NCBI RefSeq assembly: GCF_036971445.1
Contig: NC_091475.1
Coordinates: 150,102,001 to 150,166,000 of the forward strand
Source: Narcine bancroftii
Lineage: Eukaryota
DNA: 64,000 nt
Direction of reading: 5' to 3'
In this document: one piece after another, positions 52,521 through 64,000 of the stretch
Layout: the number at the start of each line of letters is the position of its first letter
Numbering within the stretch: the first letter of the stretch is position 1
The notes under the pieces: generated by a model
The model's input: only the letters and a program-made list of their open reading frames with translations
The model's database searches: none
What the model was told of the DNA's origin: nothing
Position numbers and translations under genes: made by a program

Positions 52521-53474
52521 TGAACAATGTTTTGGAAGATTTTAAAGAAAATCAATTTAAAAAAAAAAACAATATTTTTTTCTTGTTCTTTTAAAATATC
52601 CATTATTTCTGGTCCTTTTACCATTTACTTGTTTAATTTAATCATTATTTTCCTTCCAGTGCAGTACTTACTTTACAATCCTAGATTATTTGATTCATTT
52701 AATTTCCTAGCACCATTATCATATTGTACTCTTCAGCAATTTGGTGGAGAATATTTTTTGAGACCAAGGGTACAAAAAACAGCTTAAATAAAGACAAGTG
52801 GTTAATTGAATTGTTACTGCCAAAACCATTCTTGTAAATTAAGTTGAAAACCCACAGCAAGCATCTCTGGAAAGAAACATAGAAGACCCTTGAAACAGAT
52901 TTAGCAAAGTTAAAAGCCAAGATATTCCTGCTAAGCATCAAAAGAATAATTTGCATACTGAGCCATTTAAAAACCAAATGGAATATAAACCATTGTTCCA
53001 TCATGGAGAGGAGCAGAAATGAAATATATGTAAAGAACTGTTCTTCTAACTTAACCAGGGAATTAGTTTTAATGATACTGGAGATGCTACCTAACTCCTG
53101 CAGCCACCTGGGTTCAATCCTAATCTCTTTTGCTATCTTTGTGGTGTTTGCAGTTTCTCCACATGATCATATGGGTTTCCTTTTGATGCTCCAGTTTTCT
53201 CCAGCACCCCAAAGTCAAGATAATTAGACACTATCAATTGCCACAGGTGCAAGGTGGATCTGGGGAGAGTCAATAGGAACACGAGGAGAACGAAATGGGG
53301 TCAGAGTAGGATTAATGTAAATGGGCGCTTCATGATTAATGTTGATTTGAAAGGCTGAAGGGCCTGTTTCCATGGTGTAAAACTACACCAAGTGATTATT
53401 ATTGAAATATTTGGATCCGATGATTCCAAATATTTCAAAAATGATGCACATGGACAATCCAGTCATGAACCTAC

Positions 53475-53798
53475 CTGGTTTTTCTCTGATGCCCAAAGTA
53501 ATAGATTTGCTGGGTCATTTTCCAACTCTTTCTCTTTCATTTTAAAATAAGCATCATTTTCAGCTTCTTCTTCATCATCAGACTCTGTCTGCCACATACT
53601 GTGCGTCCCCACAGGTATAAGATGCCCATGTGTCTCCAATAAATCAAGTTGATTGAAGTAGTTTGTGAGATGGGCAATTCCTTCACTGTTGCATGCTCCA
53701 TTCTCATGTTCTTCAGGTATTTGATTTTCATCGGAAGAATTTGCAACCAGTGATACTTCTTTTTTCACCCTGGGGCTGTTTTTCACTTGCCCATTCAT
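53475..53798 (-). CDS. ANKRD49: ANKRD49 first coding exon (108 codons; about 262 aa total with the last exon)
   Basis: FNQLDLLETHGHLIPVGTHSMW...DPANLLLWASEKNQ. The donor CAG|GTAGGT at 53475/53474 is phase 0 and joins the exon at 48657 in frame. An in-frame stop lies upstream of ATG 53798. Confidence 0.94.
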
Positions 53799-54284
53799 CT
53801 TCCTCTGAATTACCTAGATTTTCATTACTTGAAAGCACAAATTCAGATTCAACATTGTGGCTGAACAAGATACACTGTGAAGAAAGTTTAAAAAAAATAC
53901 AATCTGCCCTGAGATTGTGCCAAATTCTATACAAACCAGTAAAATGTCTCATGGGAAGGATACTTAACCATTTTAAAGATGCTTATATATTGGAGAATAC
54001 AACATATAATACAAAACGAAACTAGTTTTTTGTAAGTTGTGCTTAAAGATGATAGAAGTTGGTCAGGAGTGGAAATTACAACTTTTTAATGCATTCAAGA
54101 TGGGTAAAATGGATTATGTATCAATATAATATGCATATAGCATGCAGTAGCTGGCATTTATAACAATAATGAATTCATACACTTAAAGACAATGTAAATA
54201 TGCACCAAAATTATATGTATTAAATGACTCCAGTATGGAAGGAAATAATATAAAAGAAAGCTCAATGTTCCAAGCTTCCATTGC

Positions 54285-54830
54285 TATAGACGAGATAGAA
54301 CAGGGGGGATGAAAGGGGGAGGAGTGGTATTACTCGTCAAGGTAAATATCATAGCTGTGCTCAGGCAGGACAGTCTATGGGGCTCATCTATGGAGGCAAT
54401 ATGGGTGAGATGTGGAACGGGAAAGGTATGATGACACTTATGTATTATAGACCACCAATAGTCAACGAGAATAGGAAACATAAACTTTTCATAGTAGGGG
54501 ATTTTAATTTTTCCACATATTGACTGGGACATCCATACTGTAAAAGGGCTGGATGGCTTGGAGTTCATCAAATGTGTTCAAGAAAGTTTTCTAAATCAAT
54601 ATATAGAGGTACCACTTAGAGAGAATGGAATACTGGATCTTCTTTTAGGAAACAAGTCAGGACAAGTGACAGAAGTATGTGTCGGAGAACATTTTGAGTC
54701 CAGTGATCATAATGCCATTAGTTTCAGAATAGGATAGGTCTGGGCCTCGGACTGAGATTCTAAATTGGAGAAAGGCTAATTTTGAGGAAATGAGAAAGGA
54801 TCTAGAAGTCTGAATTAGGATAAGTTGTTT
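54285..54830 (+). mobile_element. CR1-clade LINE fragment (endonuclease region)
   Basis: GGGVVLLVK, YYRPP, IVGDFNFPHIDW, ILDLLLGN, GEHFESSDHN read across frames. Confidence 0.8.
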
Positions 54831-54831
54831 T

Positions 54832-55980
54832 TGTTGGGTATAAGCCCGCCCTCTGCTGGACATCATGAAGCCCATGTCATGATGTCACCCTTCCATACAT
54901 AGGAAACCTGAAAAGAGGCAACATTAAGCAAGATCCAAAACTTCATTCTTCATGGGAGGCCTGAATCTGAAGTCATCCCAGAGATCTAAAACCTTACCAT
55001 GCACGTCGCCATGAACTAACAGTTGAAGAAGGATGTATACTATGGGGCACCCAATACAATTATTCCAGCCAAATGGCCAACTACCATGTTATCAGAACTG
55101 CACCACAACCATCCGGGAATAGTATGAATGAAGGCACTGGCCCAGATGTATGTCTGGTGGCCTTCCATACACAGAGACATTGAAATGACAGTAAGAGAAT
55201 TCAAAATATGTCAGTCAATGCAGCCAAAATTGCCACAGATTTCCTATTGGGGTACAGAAATATGCCAAATTCTACCACAAAACACATCCCACCAGAACTA
55301 ATGTTTGGCCGCAATCTGCGGATGAGGCTGTCCACAGTTCATCCAGATCTGGGTCTCAGATTGCAAAAACCAGCATTGCCACAAACCTCACCTAGAACAT
55401 TGGAAGTGGGTGAGAGAGTTCTGGTACAAGATTATAGACAGTATAAAGACCCATGGGTGGTAGGAATAATCTTACAAAAATTGAGCCCATGCTCATACTC
55501 TGTTCTAGTGGGGTACAGATTGTGGAAGCGACACATTGACCAATTACAACCATTGACTGACACTAAAGTCCATGAACTGTCTCATGAACTGGAAGACGTT
55601 GAACCAGACCTGCTGTCGCCTTCCCCGACCATCCCACCTCTCAGGCTAAATGAGGTTGGGGGGGGGGGGGGGGGGAGGGCAGGCAGATATGGTCATGGAG
55701 CCGAGGAGTCCAGTACCTGAGATGCGCAGCCAGGAGGGCAGCGAAGACGGGCAATCGCCACCAAAGGTCAGCTAAGGTGGGCCAACCTGACCATCTACAG
55801 GTCCCGAGCAAAGACAGGCACAGCAAACCACGCCAAGGCTGTCCAAAAGAGAAAGAAGACCATCTGAACACTTAAAGGATTATGTGTCTTGATTATTATT
55901 AAATACATTCCCTTTTATAATTATAATTACTCATGAGATATATTCTAATTCTCACTTGTAGTCCTGGGCCCTACAGCCAC
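54832..55980 (+). mobile_element. Internally deleted copy of the Mag-like Gypsy family (partial LTR joined to the integrase C-terminal region)
   Basis: 54832-54900 matches the LTR start of 35675-40208. ORF 55208-55720 FLLGYRN...MFGRNLRMRLSTVHPDL...QDYRQYKDPWVVG is closely similar to 36322-36804. Confidence 0.88.
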
Positions 55981-57359
55981 TCCGGAGCTGAGCACAGGAG
56001 CAGGGTGTCTGGAGAACTGCAAACGCATTGCTTTTAACTGCCGTTACACCGGTGGTGACTGGATGCTGCCCCTCTCGCACTAAGGCTGGGCCAAAGCGGC
56101 CTGTCTGCAGAGCCATGAAGAGCAGCCTATACCTGAACTTCCTTTCTCAACATGGAATAATTCTGCCTGGCTTCAGTGTGAAACAGAACATGAAATTCTG
56201 ACTCTGACTCTCCCCTTATTTTGCAAGAGTCCACTGCAGGTCATGTATTACACAAGGGGTCTCCCGGTGAAGATAAACAATGGGCAAGTCAGGTGCAGGT
56301 TTTTTTTTGTCCCCCCACTCCTCGCACATCTCTCCCCTTGTACTTTGCAGGATTAGAACATAAACGTTGCTGCCACTTTAGGTGAAATAAAGTCTTATCT
56401 GCGATGTTCTAAGGGTCACCAGCACCCCCTCTGAGATCTGGTTCACCTAAAGGTAGCACTTGCTGCTTTGGCACCTCACTGGGCCAGCATCTCATTGGGC
56501 TGCTCTAGCACCTTGCTCAATGTGGGATCAATGGGCAAAATGGTCATCTTCCTCACCCATAATCCCCCGCACAGCTGGAACCACTATGTTTCCCTGGTAT
56601 TAGCAGAACAGTTCCAGAGCAAGGAGCCCGAGTTGCCCTAAAGCAGCTCACTGGAGTGGCCTGCTGAGGTGCCAGAGCAGCACTCTGGGCTCTCAAGTGA
56701 GCCCTGGCAGCTCTGGAATCCTGGGATGGAGATTCATTGTTGGGCTAGGGACTCGAATATTGGGAAGGCAATGCGAGGACAATGGTGCCTTTCCCCCCCC
56801 ACCCTGTAAGTGGCATCCAGGGCATGTGCCCTAGATGCCATACCCTTGATATGCCTATGTATTTGGCATGTCACCAGCATCCCTTAATGACTTTGGCAGA
56901 TGCATCATTGAAAGCATCTTATGAGGATGCATCATTGCACGGTATGGGCACTACACCATCCAAAACCACAAGAAACTGCAGAGGGCTGTGAATATGGCTC
57001 AAGTCATCAAACGTATCCCTCATATCCTTCTCCCCCCCCCCCCCCCCCACCCCACACACACTTCCACTGACTCTATCTATAACCCCTGCTGCCTTGGAAA
57101 AGCAAGCAACATGGACCATCCTCTTTCCCCACTCCCATCAGGAATGAAGATTCATGAGTATGAGATCATTATACCACAAGATTCAATGAGTTTCTATCCT
57201 GTTATTATCAGACTCATGAATGTACCCAAAAAGAGTAAAATTATGTTGTTTTGCTCTGTGGCAACTGATCTCTCCGCAAGTTAAAAATTAGCTTGTGTTC
57301 CTAGACCCTGTATATAAATCTGATGATAAATATCAGTATGGGATGAGATTTAGACTGAA

Positions 57360-58535
57360 AGGCGAGCCCCATCTTATCCTGACAACAAACGACCTGCCAA
57401 AAACTTTGATAACAATGTCACCACTGATTTAGTGGTGCTCGACTTCTCCAAAGCATTCAATGTCATTCCCCAACAAAGATTACTTAAGAAGCTCGACTAC
57501 TACTGTATTCGCTCCAACACTAAAAGATGGATTTCCAAATTTTTGACGAAACGTCTCCTGCGGGTACGCATGAATGGAAAAAAAGGTCTGAATGGTGTCC
57601 AGTGTTAAGTGGTACAACCCAAGACACAGTGTTAGGCCCACATTTGTTTTTACTCTACATCAATGACATTCACGGAAAAGTCACAAGCACCACGAGACTA
57701 TTCACAGATGACTGTTTGGTTTACCTTCCAATTAAGTCAGCTGATGATAAGGATGCTCTCCAAAAAGATCTTCAGAGCTTAGTCACAAAAAAATGTGCCA
57801 TGCAGTTTAATCCTTCCAAATACAAAACTATGCATGTCACCAGGAACAGAAAACCAGACAAAATGTATTACAAAATCCTGGGTGTCACCCTTGATGAAAC
57901 CAAACAGACCAAATACCTTGGCATCAAAATCTAGAACAACCTGCATTGGAATCATAAGGCAACAGGAGTCCTAAATTTTCTGAGACAAAACTTCCATCAC
58001 TGTTTAACTTGTGTCAAGGAGAAATTGTACCTCAGCCTCGTCAGACTACATTTGGAATACGCAGTAGCTGCATGGGACTCATACACAAACAAAAGCTCTA
58101 CTACCATCAAACGAGTCCAGAGACAGGCAGTCCGATTTGTCACCTATAAATATGTAAGAGAAGCGAGTGTTACAAAGCTCTTGGATTCATTAAAGTGGAG
58201 CTCTCTCCAAGACAGACACGAAGCACACTGCCTGATCTGTTTTTACAAAATGCTAAATTGCCATCTTGATATAGACTACCAATTCTACACCAAATCCAAA
58301 CCTGCTAGGACCAGACAAGGGCACCTAATCCATCTTCCAAGACTGATGTGTACAATTCCTTCTTTCCCTGTACAATTAAAGCATGGAATAACCTTCACCC
58401 TACCGTACTCACACAACCAGACCCAATTAAATTGAAGACAGCCTTTCTTCAAAAATCTCCTCCTTAAACGCACCCTCCCTCTCCTCCAGTTTAAATTCCA
58501 TATGGAATATTCTGGAGGATCAAGAACAACATTCA
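57360..58535 (+). mobile_element. 5'-truncated CR1/L2-group LINE of a different family (RT and C-terminus)
   Basis: LDFSKAFNVIPQQRLL, SGTTQDTVLGPHLFLLYINDI, RLFTDDCLVY, YLSLVRLHLEYAVAAWD...RVQRQAVRF. Confidence 0.85.
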
Positions 58536-58859
58536 ACGAACTTGAACAATTTTATTTTGAACTCTTTTGTATGAAAAAAAAAGTCTTATTTAACTTGGAA
58601 CCAGAATTGGACGCTCTGGATAAAGGAAAAGGTAAAAGAGTAGTTATATCTGCATTTGACGTAGAAAAAGAGCTGATGTAGGGCACTATTGAATAGGGGA
58701 AGCAAAATGCTGCAGAAAGCTGTCTGGTGGTGGCATCAGGGAGGAACTGATGGCCAGCTGAATAAAGAGACTGATGCAAGGGAACATTAGGACAAGTTGA
58801 ACACCGTCGTGGAAGAGGGTTGAAAACAAAAATGCAACTGGCAAATTTGAGGTGTCAGC

Positions 58860-59230
58860 CATTCGCCCGAATGACAGTTCATTACTCACTGCGCCCGCTC
58901 CCCATCCCTTCGCTTGGGTTTCCGGTTTGAACCGGAAGTTCAGGTCCAGGCGCAGTTGATCGTGAGTCTGGCGGTTCGTGTGCAGCAGTTTTACGAGTCC
59001 GGGCATTTCAACCCCTCGGATCTCAGAGCAGGCCAGGTGAGGCTGCAGTCGTTGCGGGCTGCGCCGTAGTTGGATGAAGCCTGTTGATGTGGACCAGCAC
59101 ATCATCCCAACCCCACGCCAGGTTTCCAAGCCGAAGTGAACCTGTGGAAGTCGAGCTGAACCGTCTGTGGAGATGAGTGCTGGAAACACCCCGTAAGTTA
59201 TATACAAGGCCCGCTGAAGGAAGTTACTGG
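58860..59230. promoter_or_regulatory. Bidirectional CpG promoter shared by ANKRD49 (minus) and MRE11 (plus), with inverted ETS sites at 58920-58939
   Basis: CpG-rich. TTCCGGTT-TG-AACCGGAA(GT) palindrome. Candidate GTGAGT donors at 58889 (minus) and 58962 (plus). The same head-to-head arrangement is known in human. Confidence 0.8.
59173..59192 (+). CDS. MRE11: MRE11 first coding exon (20 coding nt, MSAGNTP)
   Basis: ATGAGTGCTGGAAACACCCC|GTAAGT. The phase-2 junction joins the exon at 59637 in frame. The 20-nt coding length agrees with the human gene structure as I recall it. Confidence 0.88.
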
Positions 59231-59636
59231 GTCCGAATGAGGTTTGATCAATATTTTTCCAAAATGGTAATGAATACTGTATAATCGCTCTAATACCTTC
59301 GGAAACAAACTCTCACCCTATTACAAATATTCCCTTTGAAATATCCATCCCTCCTGCCACCTTCTCTGAAATAAAATAAACTTTTTTTTACGTTCTTTCC
59401 AGATTCTCTCCCTTGAAATTGTAAATGTCTTTCTGTGCACTTTTTGAGCATTTGTAGCATTTTCTGTTTTAATTTCAGATTTCCGGTATCTGCAGTTTTA
59501 TTATTTTCGAAAAAAATAACTTTTTGTGTACTGCATGCTGAATTGTTCTCAATAGCAGACGAGTTAAGTGAACTATTTAGTTAAAGTATCCTTGTTCTCA
59601 AATGTTAACTGTCTGAATGTTTAATAATTATTACAG

Positions 59637-59769
59637 AGATGAGAAGGACACGTTGAAAATTTTGATTGCAACTGACATTCATCTTGGTTATTTGGAAAAG
59701 GATGCCATCAGGGGAGGTGATACGCTTGTAACTTTTGATGAGATTTTAAGATGTGCACAAGATAATGCG
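59637..59769 (+). CDS. MRE11: MRE11 second coding exon (133 nt, phosphoesterase motif I); the gene continues beyond the window
   Basis: ttacag|A...GCG|GTGAGT. Translates [44 protein letters not shown], the MRE11 nuclease motif (ATDIHLG). Absent from the ORF track because it is short. Confidence 0.96.
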
Positions 59770-59889
59770 GTGAGTTACCAATAGCAGCAGTAAAGTCGCA
59801 GATGTGTGGTTTGCTTTGATTCTTGCTCTATAAATGAATGCAATACTCTGTATAAAAAAAAATTATTTTATTGTGTTGCCATATTTCAA

Positions 59890-60218
59890 TCTCACTGCTG
59901 CAGTCAGAGGTTTAACCGACTTCAAAGGACATCGCCGTGTCCAGGAAGAACAGACTGAGCTGTCTCATCAACTATCACTATGTCGCACTCACATCTACTG
60001 TGACAAAATGCTTTGAGAGGTTGGTCATGGCCAGAATTACACATAGTTAAGTAAAACTCTGGACCCATTGCAATTCAACCACCACAACAATTGCTCCATA
60101 GCAGATGCAATATCACTGGCTCTCCACTCAGCTCTGGATCATATAAACAATAGCAACTTGTACATACTTTTCATCAACTACAGTTCAGCTTTCAACACCA
60201 TAATCCCCTCTATGCTGG
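59890..60218 (+). mobile_element. Rex1/Babar-like LINE RT fragment
   Basis: LDPLQFN...SIADAISLALHSALDHI...LFINYSSAFNTIIP. Confidence 0.7.
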
Positions 60219-60219
60219 T

Positions 60220-61610
60220 GAATATGTGGTTTGACCATGACCACTTTTTTGCATCGTCCTCTTGTTTCAGGGTGCCATAATGTTTGGAACATTTGACTTC
60301 ACAGATGTTTGTGAGTACTCAGGTAGGTTTAATTGCTTCACTGGTGCAGGAATAAGAGAGCTTGGCTTACTTTGGAGTCTGTAGTTGCCATTTTTTTAAA
60401 CGTGAGGACCAGAGTTGTGCCAATGAAAGTCAAATAAGCAAAAAACAAGAATAAAACAGAAGAGTCCTCACCCAAACTGTAGGATTTCCAAAATTAACAG
60501 TTGGGAATATCATTAAGAAAGAGCGTACTGGTGAGCTCAATAATCACAAATGGACTGATATTCCAAGGAAGATCTCCACTGCTGATGAAAGAAGAATTCA
60601 CATAATGAAGAAAAATCCCCAAACATATGTCCAACTGCTCAGAAGCACTCTTCAGGAGGCCAGTGTGGATATGTCAATGACTACTGTCCACAGGAGATTT
60701 CTTGAATAGAAATTCGGAGGCTACGCTGCAAGATGCAAACCATGGCAAAGGTAGTATGCTTTGATTCTGGGCAGTTCCTTTACACCTCCACACTTTGCTT
60801 TTGCCATCACTGTGATACAGGTTAATCTTGGTCTCATTTGTCCCGAGACCTTTTTCCAGAACTTTGCAGCCTCTTAAATTCTGTGGGCAAACCATAACCT
60901 GGCCATCCTTTCCATGGCTAACTAGTGGCTTGCATCTTATAGTGTACCCTATGTATTTCTGTCCATGAAGTCTTGTTGTGAGCAGTGGTCATTGGCATAT
61001 CCACACCTGCCTCCTGAAGAGTTTCTGATCTGTCAGACATACGTTTGGGGATTTTTCTTCATTATGCTGAGAATTCTGTCTTCAGCGGTGGAGGTCTTCT
61101 TTAGGATACCAGTCCTTCAGCAATTACTGAGCTCACCAGTACGCTCTTTCTTCTTAATTATGTTCCAAACTGTTGAGCTTGGTAATCCTGAAGTTTGGCT
61201 GATGTTTCTTACTGTTTTATTCTTGTTTTTCAGCCTCATAATGGCTTTTTTGACTTTCATTGGTATAACTCTGGTCCTTGTAGAAAAATGACAATTAAAA
61301 GCTTATAAGTAAGCTTAGCTCTCTTAAACCTGCATCAATGAAGCAATTAAACATATCTGAATAATCACAAATATCTGTGAAGTCAAATGTTCCAACCATC
61401 ATGATGTCCTGAAATGAGGGGACAATGTATAAAAAGTGCTGTAATTTCAACATTGTCAAACCAAAATGTATGCAAATAACATTGAATAAACTCAGGGATG
61501 TGCTCTTTAATTATGTGATTTATTTGATTACAAATTTAAAACTATGGAGCATTGGGGCCAAATAGAGGAAAAAAATGCCTTTGTCCCAAACATTATGGAG
61601 GGAACTGTAT
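60220..61610. mobile_element. Two inverted 5' halves of a Tc1-family DNA transposon
   Basis: Terminus TACAGTTCCCTCCATAATGTTTGGGACA on the minus strand at about 61610. Transposase remnants NETKINLYHSDGKSKVWR. 60220-60745 is a diverged reverse complement of about 60910-61470. Confidence 0.85.
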
Positions 61611-62347
61611 AAAGGTGATGCCGCAAAACAATGGATTTTGAGACAATAAATTCTAATTCTACTTATGGTAAATTATACATGCAATTTTATATGTAAAATA
61701 TGGATGAAATAATTGGATATTGGCTTTATCACCTGATGCCACTCTTACAGGAAAGTTGAAATGTACCAGAACTAAGCCATTCCATCCCCATTTGTGTGAA
61801 TTTTTATTAAAAAAACAGAAACTAATCTCACTCTGCAGCATTAGGCCTATTGCTTGAAGGTCAGAATTCTTCATAAATATAAGATAAAACTTTATAAATG
61901 TGAGCAGAATTTCTGATTATATCATGCTTTCATGAGATCCAGACTATTATTACTCTTTGAATTTTCTCCCATATTCATTTTAATCATAATTCCAGTTTTG
62001 TCTCTGGAATTTTGATGTCTTTACTAAGGTATCTAAGTCCTCATTCGCTGTATCCCTTCACCATTGTATGCACCCATTAAGTCTCTCCTCGTTCTCCATT
62101 TATTTTAAAAAAATCCAATCTTACATAACATTTCCAGTTAGCCATATCTCTAAATCTGCACCTGCTCCAGTTTAGTCACATTTTTTTGCAGAACTACCGG
62201 TATATGCAACTTTGAAACTGTAATCAAACCGGGGTTGTGATTCAGCTGTAACAGTCTCTGCTCTTAGATTCAACTCTTCAAGCTAACAAAAGAAAGTAAT
62301 TTTAACCACTTTATTAACCTGCCTCACTTCCTTTAAGGATCTGTTGT

Positions 62348-63230
62348 TGTGACAGAATTGTGTTATCAATCTTTAATTTTATATATTTTTTTTAGTATAG
62401 TTATTTTTGTGGGTTTGTGAACACAGGGACACACAGACACACAATTACACACTTAAAGAATCTTTTGAAATGGCAGCTGGCAGATCTCAGAGACCCTTTA
62501 TCTCCTTAGTCATTGTTCTGCTGGAGAAGCCTGTTTGCTTGAAGAGACAGTGTGACTACTAATTCAAAGCTGTAAACAGTCACAAATGTCTTGTGACTGT
62601 TCTCCATTGAAAACTCAAAACAATGGGTGTACATGCACAGCCATTCTGCTGGCTGGTCTCGGCAAACAATTTGGAGTCCTATCCACTCATACCTTTAGAA
62701 GAGAAAACTTCAAAAGACAACAATGATGTCATGCCACATCGTTAAAGACATTTTCAGAGAACACGTTACTGAAACAGACGTTTTGAAGCCAGAAGAAGGT
62801 GCTTAACCATCCTATAAGTCAGACAGGATTGAAATGCAGTAGCAATCCTTTAGAGAAGGAAGGCTGCTTGTGTTCTCCTTATGAAAAGGAAGAACGCCAT
62901 AAAAGTAGCTTTGAAAAAATTAGCCACTTCACCTGTCTCTTTGAAAAGAGGACAAATTCAATGTGACCATTTCTACATGGTCACTTCATGAAACCCGTGC
63001 CTGGGTTTGTGAAATTATTATGGAAGCAAAACGAGTTCTGAAATTTCCATGCAAGAAAGGAAATCATTCGTATGAAGAAACAATTCTTTGAAAACAACTC
63101 TACAAGAAATTCATGAGTTTTGAGAAGTCTGATGCCTCACACTTACTGCATATTGCTGTTGAACAGCAGTAAAGACTGAGTTTCAACACAAAATCTTTCT
63201 GAGAGTGAACTGTAATGGTTTGAGTTTTGT

Positions 63231-63305
<75 letters not shown>

Positions 63306-63410
63306 GGTTAAGTTAGAGTTAAGTAAAAAATGTTGTTAATAAAAAAAAATTGATTTTGAAAATACCATTGTCCTGGCAAATTCCTATTGCTGCTGGTCTA
63401 GTTCGTAACA
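62348..63410 (+). mobile_element. Probable solo LTR
   Basis: TGTGAC...AATAAA...GTTCGTAACA architecture over about 1.06 kb; no clear TSD. Confidence 0.4.
63232..63302. repeat. (CA)n microsatellite, about 35 units
   Basis: Perfect dinucleotide run seen directly. Confidence 0.99.
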
Positions 63411-64000
63411 TGGCATCCATTCCAATCCCACCTCAACATAACTCACAATCCAGCCAAAGTGCATTTATCTTGCACTTCTCTGGATTAAATTCAATCTACT
63501 ACTTTTCTGCACAGTTGACAAGATTGCCAAAATCTTCCAGCAGTCTAAAGCTTTTCACTGTCATCCAGATTGGTAAATTTTGTGTATTGTAAACTTTGCT
63601 GTCATGCTCTCGACATTTAGATTTAAATCACTGATAAATGTTACACTGTATACTGTACCTGGAAGAATCCTAGAAAGTGAATTTGCCATGATGCAGTACA
63701 AACAAGCTTTAATAACCTTCATGCTTAATTATACAGATACAACAAATTTTAATCTGCCAAAACTGGATGGTTGTAATGAGAAGCTATTTTGTTTTCTTTG
63801 ATTGCTATCAGGGAATAATTGTTTATCCTCACAGGTATTGCTTTGAAATTAACTGTCAAATGCAGCTATGCAAACTTGGTTTTAAAATTCTACTCTGAAA
63901 ATCCATAGATCCATACTCAGATGTTGAAATGGAAAATCACGTTGTCATGGCACAGTTTGGGAATTGGGGACAAAAAGTGATTGCCCTGTGCAACTGATGC

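Noticed and set aside
58686-59207. 173-aa minus-strand ORF across the promoter
   Set aside because: No homology recognised; expected by chance in a CpG island, and it overlaps the MRE11 start exon antisense.
63100-63300. Cys-Val repeat protein ORF
   Set aside because: Translation artefact of the (CA)n microsatellite.

Overview
Vertebrate genomic DNA, most likely a cartilaginous fish (shark/ray); this is inferred from the repeat mix of L1, CR1, Penelope, Gypsy, BEL and Tc1, not proven. The window holds the conserved FUT4 - ANKRD49 - MRE11 block known from human 11q21. It contains an intronless alpha-1,3-fucosyltransferase (FUT4-like, minus strand, 22900-24171) and the two coding exons of ANKRD49 (minus, 53475-53798 and 48193-48657). 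It also contains the first two coding exons of MRE11 (plus, 59173-59192 and 59637-59769), arranged head-to-head with ANKRD49 around a CpG-rich promoter with a palindromic ETS/GABP site. Most of the rest is decayed and often nested retroelements and DNA transposons. The most unusual structures are: (1) two L1 elements that keep both ends but lack almost all of ORF2, one with a clean target-site duplication (TSD) inside a Gypsy gag; (2) a G-rich 30-bp minisatellite grown from an L1 3' UTR; (3) a three-layer L1 nest; (4) a 51-bp inverted templated insertion in a Gypsy element; (5) a roughly 500-bp-arm Tc1 foldback in an MRE11 intron. I found no clearly new protein-coding system. All family assignments come from motif recognition, without database searches.
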